A DNA stretch of 64,000 bases from Spirochaetia bacterium (GTDB taxonomy: Bacteria > Spirochaetota > Spirochaetia > CAKZLE01): contig OY782041.1 of NCBI GenBank assembly GCA_963677595.1, forward strand, positions 2,432,001 to 2,496,000, given 5' to 3'. Below, piece after piece: positions 35,121 through 43,664 of the stretch; within the stretch, counting starts at the first letter, position 1, and each line of letters begins with the position of its first letter. The position numbers and the translations under genes were made by a program. Under the pieces are notes generated by a model that made no database searches, was not told the DNA's origin, and worked only from the letters and a program-made list of their open reading frames with translations.

Positions 35121-35999
35121 GTGAAAGGCGGACACAAAAAACGAAAACTGGTGCTGCTGATACCTGCACTTATCGTGATTGCTATTACATCAACCTATCC
35201 CCTGATCTATGCATTCTGGCTGGGATCTCACCAGTGGCTGATCTCCCAGTCGCCGGTCATGCAGGGGTTCGTAGGACTGGAGAACTTCATTCGGGCATTG
35301 ACGGATTCCAACTTCCTGATGGTTGCGAAGACCAGCTTTCTCTACACCCTTATATCGGTCGTCATGTCTGTCGTGATCGGCTTGGCGATCGCCATTGCCC
35401 TGCAGAAGCCGGGCGTCCTCACGACCCTGACGAAGACCCTGCTCATCTTCCCGTTCGCTATCAGCCCGGCACTGAAGGGATATACCTTCAGGTACATGCT
35501 GCACCCTGAGAGCGGGATCCTCGACCGGTTCTTCAATTTTCTCATCCCGGCCACTGACAACCTGATATGGCTGGGGCATACCGGCTGGGCACTCTTCTGG
35601 CTGGCGATGACCGAGGTCTGGGGCTGGGCCCCCCTGGTCGCACTCATGTTCGTGGGAGCCTTGGGCTCTATATCGACATCGATCTTCGAGGCAGCCAAGC
35701 TTGACGGTACGAACAACGTACAGCTGTTCATCCATGTCACGCTCCCGCTGTTGCTCCCGGTAGTCATGACCATCACCCTGCTGAGGACGATCTTCTCGCT
35801 GAAGATGTTCGACCAGGTAGTCACCATGACCAATGGCGGTCCTGGTGCATCGACGCAGACGTTCAACTACCTGATCTACCAGACCGGGTTCAGGTTCATG
35901 GATATGGGCTATGCAGCCGCGCTGGCTGCGATCCTGATCGTGATCATGGCTATCTTCGCGTCCTTCTATACAAAATCACTGATCAGGGAGGGCGTGTAG
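35121..35999 (+). CDS. Sugar ABC transporter permease (MalF-like)
   Basis: FVGLENF, EAA loop EAAKLDG, TNGGPG, GYAAA. Confidence 0.92.
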   Translation: MKGGHKKRKLVLLIPALIVIAITSTYPLIYAFWLGSHQWLISQSPVMQGFVGLENFIRALTDSNFLMVAKTSFLYTLISVVMSVVIGLAIAIALQKPGVLTTLTKTLLIFPFAISPALKGYTFRYMLHPESGILDRFFNFLIPATDNLIWLGHTGWALFWLAMTEVWGWAPLVALMFVGALGSISTSIFEAAKLDGTNNVQLFIHVTLPLLLPVVMTITLLRTIFSLKMFDQVVTMTNGGPGASTQTFNYLIYQTGFRFMDMGYAAALAAILIVIMAIFASFYTKSLIREGV

Positions 36000-36000
36000 G

Positions 36001-36834
36001 ATGAAACAGCTCAGACCCGGGGCCGTCATCAATGAGGTCCTTCACAAGATCGTCATCTTCGCCATCATCATCTTCGTGCTGTTCCCGATCATCTGGATCG
36101 CGCTGACCGCGTTCAAGACGCCGGTAGAGGCGAAGACTGACCATATCCTGTTCACCCCCACACTGGAGAACTTCGAGATCATCAACAGCCCGACCATCAA
36201 TGTATGGGCACGATTCCTCAACAGCATGATCATCTCGCTGTCGACCTTAGCGATCGTGATCCCGCTGGCGTTGATGGCCGCCTATGTCTTCTCCCGTCAT
36301 AAGTTCAGGGGAAGCAAACCGCTGTTCGTCTATATCCTGACGACACAGTTCGTTCCGCCGGTAGTCATCGTGCTGCCCTTCTTCGCGATCTTCCTGCACC
36401 TGCACCTGATCGACTCGAAGATCTCGCTGATCACGGTGAATCTCTCGATCGGACTGCCGTATGCGATCTGGCTGATCAAGGGCTTCATCGACAGCCTGCC
36501 GGTGGAGATCGAGGAGGCAGCGGTCATCGACGGCTGTTCGCAGATGCAGACACTGTGGCACGTGCTGTTCCCGCTCACTGCACCCGGGGTCATCACGACA
36601 TCGATCTTCATCTTCATCAACTCCTGGAACGAGTTCCTCTATGCCCTCATCCTGACGAGGTCGGAACAGTCCAAGACGATCACCATCGCGTTGATGAGCA
36701 CGATCGGGCCGTACGGGGTCTTGTGGGAGCGGATGTCTGCTGTAGGCATCCTCGTCATCCTGCCGGTCCTCGTCCTCTCCTTCTTCATCAGGAAGCACTT
36801 CGTCCAGGGCCTGACCATGGGAGGGGTGAAATAA
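36001..36834 (+). CDS. Sugar ABC transporter permease (MalG-like)
   Basis: EEAAVIDG, WNEFLYA, FVQGLTMGGVK. Confidence 0.92.
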   Translation: MKQLRPGAVINEVLHKIVIFAIIIFVLFPIIWIALTAFKTPVEAKTDHILFTPTLENFEIINSPTINVWARFLNSMIISLSTLAIVIPLALMAAYVFSRHKFRGSKPLFVYILTTQFVPPVVIVLPFFAIFLHLHLIDSKISLITVNLSIGLPYAIWLIKGFIDSLPVEIEEAAVIDGCSQMQTLWHVLFPLTAPGVITTSIFIFINSWNEFLYALILTRSEQSKTITIALMSTIGPYGVLWERMSAVGILVILPVLVLSFFIRKHFVQGLTMGGVK

Positions 36835-36836
36835 TC

Positions 36837-37634
36837 ATGGGACGTGCCATCGAGCTGCTGACCATCCAGGCCCACTTCCCCTCTGGCGACACGGAAGGGA
36901 ACCTTGCCAGGATGGAGAGGCTCATCAGGAAGGGAGCTGCCCGGGTAGGGGATACCTCACTCGTGCTCTTCCCGGAACTGGCTCCCGGGGGCTATGATCC
37001 CGAGGATGCAGCGAAGAACTGCCCCGAGGAACCCGACGGCCCCTCCTTCAGGAGGATGAGTGCCGTTGCCGCGGAACTCGGGCTCTACATCGCCTACGGG
37101 TATGCGGAAGCCGGGGAGGGCGGAAGGGTCTACAACTCCCAGATGCTCATCGGGCCGGACGGTAAGGCCGCAGCCAACTACCGGAAACTCCACCTGACGA
37201 AAGGTGAGATGAAGGTGTTCACCGCAGGTAATGAGGCGGTCGTGGCAGATACCGAGATCGGAAAGATCGGCCTCATGATCTGCTGGGACTTAGCCTTCCC
37301 GGAGCTCTCGAGGATCCTGACTTTGAAGGGGGCCGAGATCATCCTGGTCCCGGCTGCCTGGGACACGCCCTGGGCTGACCCGTTTCGGGCCTTCTCGAAG
37401 TCCCGAGCCCTCGATAACACGGTGTTCCTCGCGACCTGCAACCATGTCGGGGTCAATGACGGCGTGGATTACCTCGGGGAGTCCTCCCTCTACGGGCCGG
37501 ACGGGCAGCAGCTCGGCTGCGCCGGACGGGATGGTGAGGCCCTGCTGCAGTGCCGGGTCGACCTGGACCGGGTCGAGGGTACGAGGAATGGGTATTACAC
37601 CATGCTCGAGGACCGGAGGACGGACCTGTATTGA
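36837..37634 (+). CDS. Nitrilase/carbon-nitrogen hydrolase family amidase
   Basis: Triad motifs LFPEL, NYRKLHL, ICWDLAFPE; true start ATG 36837 (the ORF-track extension overlaps the permease). Confidence 0.88.
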   Translation: MGRAIELLTIQAHFPSGDTEGNLARMERLIRKGAARVGDTSLVLFPELAPGGYDPEDAAKNCPEEPDGPSFRRMSAVAAELGLYIAYGYAEAGEGGRVYNSQMLIGPDGKAAANYRKLHLTKGEMKVFTAGNEAVVADTEIGKIGLMICWDLAFPELSRILTLKGAEIILVPAAWDTPWADPFRAFSKSRALDNTVFLATCNHVGVNDGVDYLGESSLYGPDGQQLGCAGRDGEALLQCRVDLDRVEGTRNGYYTMLEDRRTDLY

Positions 37635-37707
37635 TTGATGCAGATAGCGTATCGGGCTGGATACGTTGACCATAAAATAATTTGTTGTGTGAGGAGAATG
37701 ACAAACG

Positions 37708-38985
37708 ATGAACAGGAAGTATCTAAAGACTGCGAAACCCGCGAAACCTGAGGATCTCTCCAAGGTGACTGAGATCGTGGCAGAAATGATCGACAATGTC
37801 CGGAAGAACGGGGATGGGGCAGTGATCGAATATACGAAGAAGCTCGATGGGATCGACAGGAAGAACCTGAAGATCACCAGGGAGGAGTTCGCACAGGCAA
37901 GGAAGATGCTCTCTCCCAGCCTGATCGAGGATATGCAGTTCGGCATCGCCCAGGTCCGCATGTTCGCACAGGCCCAGCGGGACGCGATCCGTGAGATCGA
38001 TGTGGAGATCTCACCCGGGATCCATCTCGGCCACCGGATCGTTCCCATCGCCAATGTCGGTGCCTACATCCCCGGGGGACGGTACCCGATCCTCTCAGCG
38101 GCACAGATGCTGATCATCCCGGCACGGGTTGCTGGGGTCACACGGGTCATCGGGTGTACTCCGCCGCGTAAGGACGGCCAGGTGCATCCGGCAGTGCTCT
38201 ACGCAGCTGAGGAGTCCGGGGTCGATGAGCTCTACTGCATCGGCGGTGTACAGGCGATCGCAGCTATGGCATACGGGACCGAGACCATCAAGCCGGTCGA
38301 CAAGATCGTCGGCCCCGGCAACAAGTGGGTGACCGAGGCGAAGCGCCAGGTCAACGGTACCGTCGGGCTCGATTTGCCGGCAGGACCGAGTGAGATCCTC
38401 ATCATCGCTGATGAGACTGCCCAGGCAGATATCCTCGCGGCAGACCTGCTCGGCCAGCTCGAGCATGACCCGAATGCCAGGGGTATGCTCATCACCACCT
38501 CACAGAAACTCGGTGAGGATACGGTCAAGGAGGTAGATAAGCAGCTTGACGTGCTCTCTACCGCCGATGTCGCACGTATCTCCTGGGAGAACCAGGGAGA
38601 GGTCGTCGTCGTGGACAGCCTCGAGGAGTGTGCCGCCCTTGCCAACGAGTGGGCACCTGAGCACCTTGAGGTCCATACCAAGTACCCGCATGTACTGCTC
38701 GGGCAGTTGACGAACTACGGTTCGCTCTTCCTCGGGGAGGCTGCAGCCGAAGTCTTCGCAGACAAGGTCGCAGGCACGAACCATGCACTGCCGACCGCGG
38801 GAGCAGCCCGCTATACCAGCGGCGTATCGGTGAATACCTTCATCAAGCTCCCTACCCACCAGTGGGTCTCGGAAGAAGCTATGGAACGTCTTGCGGGGAT
38901 CACGGTACGACAGTCAACCATCGAGGGAATGGCTGCCCATGCTGAGTCGGCAGCGATCCGCCTCAGGAAGCTGGCCGGCAACTAG
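37708..38985 (+). CDS. Histidinol dehydrogenase-family Zn/NAD dehydrogenase, HpsN-like clade
   Basis: GAYIPGG, GPGNKWV, AGPSE, QLEH, APEHL, ADKVAGTNHALPT; no other his genes nearby. Confidence 0.85.
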   Translation: MNRKYLKTAKPAKPEDLSKVTEIVAEMIDNVRKNGDGAVIEYTKKLDGIDRKNLKITREEFAQARKMLSPSLIEDMQFGIAQVRMFAQAQRDAIREIDVEISPGIHLGHRIVPIANVGAYIPGGRYPILSAAQMLIIPARVAGVTRVIGCTPPRKDGQVHPAVLYAAEESGVDELYCIGGVQAIAAMAYGTETIKPVDKIVGPGNKWVTEAKRQVNGTVGLDLPAGPSEILIIADETAQADILAADLLGQLEHDPNARGMLITTSQKLGEDTVKEVDKQLDVLSTADVARISWENQGEVVVVDSLEECAALANEWAPEHLEVHTKYPHVLLGQLTNYGSLFLGEAAAEVFADKVAGTNHALPTAGAARYTSGVSVNTFIKLPTHQWVSEEAMERLAGITVRQSTIEGMAAHAESAAIRLRKLAGN

Positions 38986-39012
38986 TCAGGGTGAAAGGAA
39001 AGAGGTGATGTC

Positions 39013-39540
39013 ATGAAGCTGAGTGACAGAAACTACAGGGAAACAGAGTCCCAGACCTTGCGGAAGATCGTGGAGAACCCTGACTTCAGGGTTCCCGCCG
39101 ATGTTGAGGAGTATTACGTGGCCCTCACGAAATATATCTGGGACCATAAGAACATCGGGAGCATCTATGACTCCTACCTGGACGATACGATCCTGCATGG
39201 GGAGAACGGGCATGTGACTGATGATGTGCTCTCCGTGTTCCGGCACACCTCTGACCGGCTGGTCACGATCCCTGACCTGGAGACCACCTTCCTGGAGATC
39301 CATGCGAAGAAGGTGAATGAGGATGAGTTCCGGTTCGTGCAGGTCACGCATCTCGATGCGACCTTCACCGGGCCCTGTTCCTATGGTCCCGCTGGGGACC
39401 AGGTGATGAACTACGATAATAATATGAGCATCTGTGAATGCCAGGTGAAGAAAGTCGATGGGGAATGGAAGATCGTTGAGGAATGGGGCCTCGGCTTCGA
39501 TGATTTCTTCAAAGTGCGTTTCCCGCAAACCCAAGCCTGA
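39013..39540 (+). CDS. SnoaL/NTF2-like (ester cyclase-like) protein, paralog 1
   Basis: TKYIWDH, IYDSY, IPDL, TFTGPCSYGP, WKIVEEW. Confidence 0.7.
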   Translation: MKLSDRNYRETESQTLRKIVENPDFRVPADVEEYYVALTKYIWDHKNIGSIYDSYLDDTILHGENGHVTDDVLSVFRHTSDRLVTIPDLETTFLEIHAKKVNEDEFRFVQVTHLDATFTGPCSYGPAGDQVMNYDNNMSICECQVKKVDGEWKIVEEWGLGFDDFFKVRFPQTQA

Positions 39541-39564
39541 AGGTTCATGGAGAGGAGAACAGTA

Positions 39565-40086
39565 ATGGATTATTGCAAGCAGATGGTTGATGAGCGGAAG
39601 AAGCTTGAATCTGTCCTTGAGGGTGCCGTGCTGGAGACGACCGATGATGCGGTCGCGTTCGGGGACGCACTGACGAAAGTCATCTGGGACCACCAGATGC
39701 TGGGGTACATATACCAGTACTACGCTGATGATGCCGTGCTCAAGGGACCGACCGGGAGCAGGATCGTCGGTCAGGAGGGGATACAGGACGAGTTCCTCTC
39801 GATGATCGCCGCCTTCCCCGATATGAAGGTAACGCTCACAGAGACCTTCGCCACCGGTGATGCGGTCACCGGCTTCATGGTCTACCAGCGGTCATACTGC
39901 GATGCCACGAATACCGGCATGAGTATCTATGGGCCGCCGACCGGGGCTGTGCTCGATGAGAAGAACTCCATGGGGCAGACAGTCTATATCATCAGGCAGG
40001 TCGAAGGGGCCTGGAAGGTAGTCAAGGAATATTCGATCCGCAGCATGATGACGATCAAGAACCTGCTGAAGGGTGAGGCGCGCTAG
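39565..40086 (+). CDS. SnoaL/NTF2-like (ester cyclase-like) protein, paralog 2
   Basis: TKVIWDH, AAFPDM, TNTGMSIYGPPTG, WKVVKEY; ATG 39565 after GAGGAG. Confidence 0.7.
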   Translation: MDYCKQMVDERKKLESVLEGAVLETTDDAVAFGDALTKVIWDHQMLGYIYQYYADDAVLKGPTGSRIVGQEGIQDEFLSMIAAFPDMKVTLTETFATGDAVTGFMVYQRSYCDATNTGMSIYGPPTGAVLDEKNSMGQTVYIIRQVEGAWKVVKEYSIRSMMTIKNLLKGEAR

Positions 40087-40148
40087 CGTCCTGTTTCGAT
40101 CCCCGAATGACGCATGTTGAGACGAGGGAATTGAGAGGAGAGGGAAGC

Positions 40149-40664
40149 ATGGAACAAGAAGCAAGGAAGAAAGAGGTCATCGAGCTCGAGAAGATCGTGG
40201 GTGACGCTGATTTCAAGGACGCCCGACAGGTGGAACGATTCTTCGAGGCGTATACCAAGCTGATCTGGAACCACCGCCAGATCGGGCTGATCTATGACCA
40301 TTATACCGATACCACCATCATCCATGGTGAGAACGGGAAGGATATGCCCGGCATCGCGTTGGTCGTTGCCCATACCAGTGAACGGATCCAGTCGATGCCG
40401 GACATAAAGCTCAACTTTATCGGGATCTGGGCTCACCAGGTGAGCGAGACCGAGTACAAGTTCATCCAGATCACCTATCCTGAGGGGACCTTCACAGGAC
40501 CGAGCCTCTACGGCCCGCCGACGGACAAGGAACTGAACTATGACAACATCATGAACATGTGCGAGTGCCTGGTGCGGAAGATCGACGGGGTCTGGAAGAT
40601 CGTCGAGGAGTGGAACCTCCTCGGGTATGCCGACTTCTTCACCGCCGGCAATAATCAGGAGTGA
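40149..40664 (+). CDS. SnoaL/NTF2-like (ester cyclase-like) protein, paralog 3
   Basis: TKLIWNH, HGENG, TFTGPSLYGPPT, WKIVEEW; ATG 40149. Confidence 0.7.
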   Translation: MEQEARKKEVIELEKIVGDADFKDARQVERFFEAYTKLIWNHRQIGLIYDHYTDTTIIHGENGKDMPGIALVVAHTSERIQSMPDIKLNFIGIWAHQVSETEYKFIQITYPEGTFTGPSLYGPPTDKELNYDNIMNMCECLVRKIDGVWKIVEEWNLLGYADFFTAGNNQE

Positions 40665-40814
40665 TCCTGGCCAGGCACCAGAGATGGAGGCCTGTATCAG
40701 GGAGGGGAGGACCTTTTCGGATACAGGCTGTTTCGTCCCTGTCGGTTCCTGGGGTGCCGGGGAGCGGCGGAAGAGAACGCACACAGGGGGACTGTGTCCG
40801 GCGTGCCGGCTCAG

Positions 40815-40843
40815 TTGACTACCTTGGGCTGTTCAACTATACT
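40815..40843 (+). promoter_or_regulatory. Sigma70 promoter of LacI regulator (probably leaderless transcript)
   Basis: TTGACT-N17-TATACT ending 8 nt before ATG; no SD. Confidence 0.65.
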
Positions 40844-40851
40844 TTTCCAAT

Positions 40852-41892
40852 ATGGCAAAGAAGGTAAGACTACAGGATATCGCGGCTGAAGTAGGGGTCT
40901 CCCCCACGACAGTGTCGCAGGCGCTCTCACGCAAGGGTCGGGTCTCGAACGAGACCATCGAGATGGTCCAGAAGACCGCCGAACGGCTCGGGTATACCCG
41001 GGGCCTCGAGAGTTCCGTGAAGACTGTAGGACTCCTGTTCAGCATCGAGCAGAACTGGGCGTACCTCTGGGTCTTCATCCAGGTCTTCATCGAGAAGCTG
41101 GGAAAGGCCCTCAACAGCTTCGGGATCAACCTCGTCATCGTGCCGATCCATTCGGAGAAGCCGGAGCAGGACCTGCTCAGGCAGCTCAAGGCGATCGGGG
41201 CGAAGGCACTGGTCACCCTGCACCTTGAGGATGAGCACCTCCTGGAATTCCTGTCAGAGAACGGGATCCCCATCCTGGTCGTCATGAACAACAAGTACCA
41301 GGACCGGTATCTCTCCGTCTGCAATGATGACTTCCAGGGTGCCTATGATGCCGTCAAGTACCTGATCGACTACGGGCATGCCCGGATAGCGTACCTCGGT
41401 ACCGAGCACCCCGCGACCGTGGGGATGGGGAATGACCGATTCATCGGGGCCAGGAAGGCTCTTGAGGATGCCGGGCTGGAACTTCCCGACGAGTTCGTCC
41501 TCTATTTCGAGAACTACTATGATATCCACACCTTGGAGAAGGGCCTGCATAAACTGCTTGACCGGGATGACCGCCCGACTGGACTCTACTGCCTGCATGA
41601 CTACCTCGCCGAGAAGGTCTATGCTGCCCTGATGAGACTTGGCTACTCCGTACCCGGTGACATCTCGATCATCACTGCCGGTGACTCCTTCGATTACTCC
41701 CAGTTCGAGGTGCTGCAGATCACGACCATGCGCTCACAGACCGACCAGATGGGGACCGTTGCCGCAGACATGCTCAACCGGCTGATCAACTACCATGACT
41801 CCTCGCAGATCAACATTGGGATCAAGATCCGCCAGCAGCTCATGGACCGGGGTTCCTGCCGGGACCTGCGTGATGCCGGGGCTTCCCTGTAG
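40852..41892 (+). CDS. LacI-family transcriptional regulator
   Basis: LQDIAAEVGVSPTTVSQAL HTH, VPGDISI, RGSC C-terminus. Confidence 0.92.
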   Translation: MAKKVRLQDIAAEVGVSPTTVSQALSRKGRVSNETIEMVQKTAERLGYTRGLESSVKTVGLLFSIEQNWAYLWVFIQVFIEKLGKALNSFGINLVIVPIHSEKPEQDLLRQLKAIGAKALVTLHLEDEHLLEFLSENGIPILVVMNNKYQDRYLSVCNDDFQGAYDAVKYLIDYGHARIAYLGTEHPATVGMGNDRFIGARKALEDAGLELPDEFVLYFENYYDIHTLEKGLHKLLDRDDRPTGLYCLHDYLAEKVYAALMRLGYSVPGDISIITAGDSFDYSQFEVLQITTMRSQTDQMGTVAADMLNRLINYHDSSQINIGIKIRQQLMDRGSCRDLRDAGASL

Positions 41893-42075
41893 GCGGATTA
41901 TTACGATCATACGTATTCTGTTAAAATAAATCTACTCAGTACCAGGTACGCAACTGCCTGAATCCACGTTGCATCTTGTTGCATGAACTGACAGGCAATC
42001 AAGATATCATGCATGGATACTCTGTAAATAAGTGTATAGACTAATAAAGAAGAAGTTTGTACAGAAACATTTGCA

Positions 42076-42104
42076 TTGACAATTCTGTGGTACTTACTTA
42101 TTAT
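42076..42104 (+). promoter_or_regulatory. Sigma70 promoter of rny operon
   Basis: TTGACA-N17-TATTAT. Confidence 0.65.
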
Positions 42105-42132
42105 GAAAGGAAAATAAAATTGGGGGAAGAAT

Positions 42133-43656
42133 ATGGTAAAATATATTATACTTCCTCTGGCTGGAGTAATTCTAGGTTGGTTAATCCGTTGGCTGTATGC
42201 CAAGTTTCAGCTTTCTTCGACCGAACAGAAGGCTGCAAGACTCAGCGAAGAAGCGGTAAAGGAAGCGGAAGCGAAGAGTCGTGAGATACAGCTTGAAACT
42301 AGAGATCAGCTGCTCAAGGAGCGGCATCAACAGGAACGAGAAAACAGGGAAAGAAGAAACGAACTGCAGAGGTACGAAAAACGGGTTCTGCAGAAAGAGG
42401 AAAATCTAGAAAGAAAACAGTCATCGCTGGATCAGATCAAGACCGCGTTGGCTGAGCGAGAGGAGAATCTAACAGGGCGAGAGAATTCAGTGGCCAACCA
42501 GGAAGAGCAGCTCAGGGCTGAGCTGGAACGAATTGCCGGGTTGAGTGCTGAAGAGGCAAAGAACATGATCATTGCAGGCATGGAGAACGAAGCCAGGCGT
42601 GATGCCCAGGTCTTGATCAACAAGATCGAGCAGGAGACGCAGCTGAAGTCAGAGAAGCTTGCAAGAGATGTCGTGGTCACGACGATCCAGAGGATCGCGA
42701 CCGAGGTGAGCTCAGAGCTCACGGTCAGTTCGGTGAACCTCCCGAGCGATGAGATGAAAGGTCGTATCATCGGGCGAGAGGGACGGAACATCAGGACTCT
42801 GGAGACACTCACCGGTGTCGATATCATCATCGATGATACCCCGGAAGCAGTCGTCATCTCCTGTTTTGACCCGGTCAGGAAGGAGATCGCACGCAAGTCC
42901 CTGGAGCGGCTGGTGCAGGATGGGAGGATCCACCCTGCAAGGATCGAGGAAGTCGTCCACAAGGTGACGCGTGAGGTATCACGGGTCATCAATGATGAGG
43001 GTGAGAAGGTCATGTTCGACCTTGGCATCCATAATGTCAGCCAGGAGCTCGTACGGGCGCTTGGAAGACTCTACTACCGTACCAGCTACGGTCAGAACGT
43101 ACTGTACCACTCGAAAGAGGTTGCAGTCCTTGCGGGGATGATCGCCGCAGAGGTCGGAGCTGATCGGGAGATCGCCATTCGGGGCGGGATCCTCCACGAT
43201 ATCGGGAAGGGGATCGAGTCCGAGGGCTCACAGAACCATGCCGAGATGGGTGCGGAACTCGCAAAGAAGCTCGGTGAGGATTCGAAGGTACTGAATGCGA
43301 TTCTCTCACACCACAATGATGTGGAACCGAACTGTATCGAGTCGATCATCGTGCAGATCGCGGACGCGATCTCGGCCTCACGGCCTGGTGCACGGCGGGA
43401 GACGCTGAACAACTACATCAAGCGGCTGGAGAACCTGGAAAAGATCTCCAACAGCTATGACGGTGTTGAGAAGTCCTACGCGGTGCAGGCCGGAAGGGAG
43501 CTGCGGGTCCTGGTCAACAATGAGTCGGTCGACGATGTCGAAGCCAAGGAACTGGCCAAGGATATCGCGAAGCGGATCGAGGCTGAGCTACGGTACCCAG
43601 GCCGTATCAAGGTGACCATCATTCGTGAGACCCGGGTGGTTGAGTACGCTAAATAG
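42133..43656 (+). CDS. rny: Ribonuclease Y
   Basis: N-terminal TM, coiled coil, KH (MKGRIIGREGRNIR), HD (LHDIGK). Confidence 0.97.
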   Translation: MVKYIILPLAGVILGWLIRWLYAKFQLSSTEQKAARLSEEAVKEAEAKSREIQLETRDQLLKERHQQERENRERRNELQRYEKRVLQKEENLERKQSSLDQIKTALAEREENLTGRENSVANQEEQLRAELERIAGLSAEEAKNMIIAGMENEARRDAQVLINKIEQETQLKSEKLARDVVVTTIQRIATEVSSELTVSSVNLPSDEMKGRIIGREGRNIRTLETLTGVDIIIDDTPEAVVISCFDPVRKEIARKSLERLVQDGRIHPARIEEVVHKVTREVSRVINDEGEKVMFDLGIHNVSQELVRALGRLYYRTSYGQNVLYHSKEVAVLAGMIAAEVGADREIAIRGGILHDIGKGIESEGSQNHAEMGAELAKKLGEDSKVLNAILSHHNDVEPNCIESIIVQIADAISASRPGARRETLNNYIKRLENLEKISNSYDGVEKSYAVQAGRELRVLVNNESVDDVEAKELAKDIAKRIEAELRYPGRIKVTIIRETRVVEYAK

Positions 43657-43664
43657 GTTAACGT

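Noticed and set aside
36555-36836. 94-aa N-terminal extension of the nitrilase ORF
   Set aside because: Overlaps the permease in another frame; the nitrilase domain starts at ATG 36837 right after the permease stop.
41893-42132. Possible 6S RNA upstream of rny
   Set aside because: AT-rich, no long irregular hairpin seen; explained by the rny promoter.
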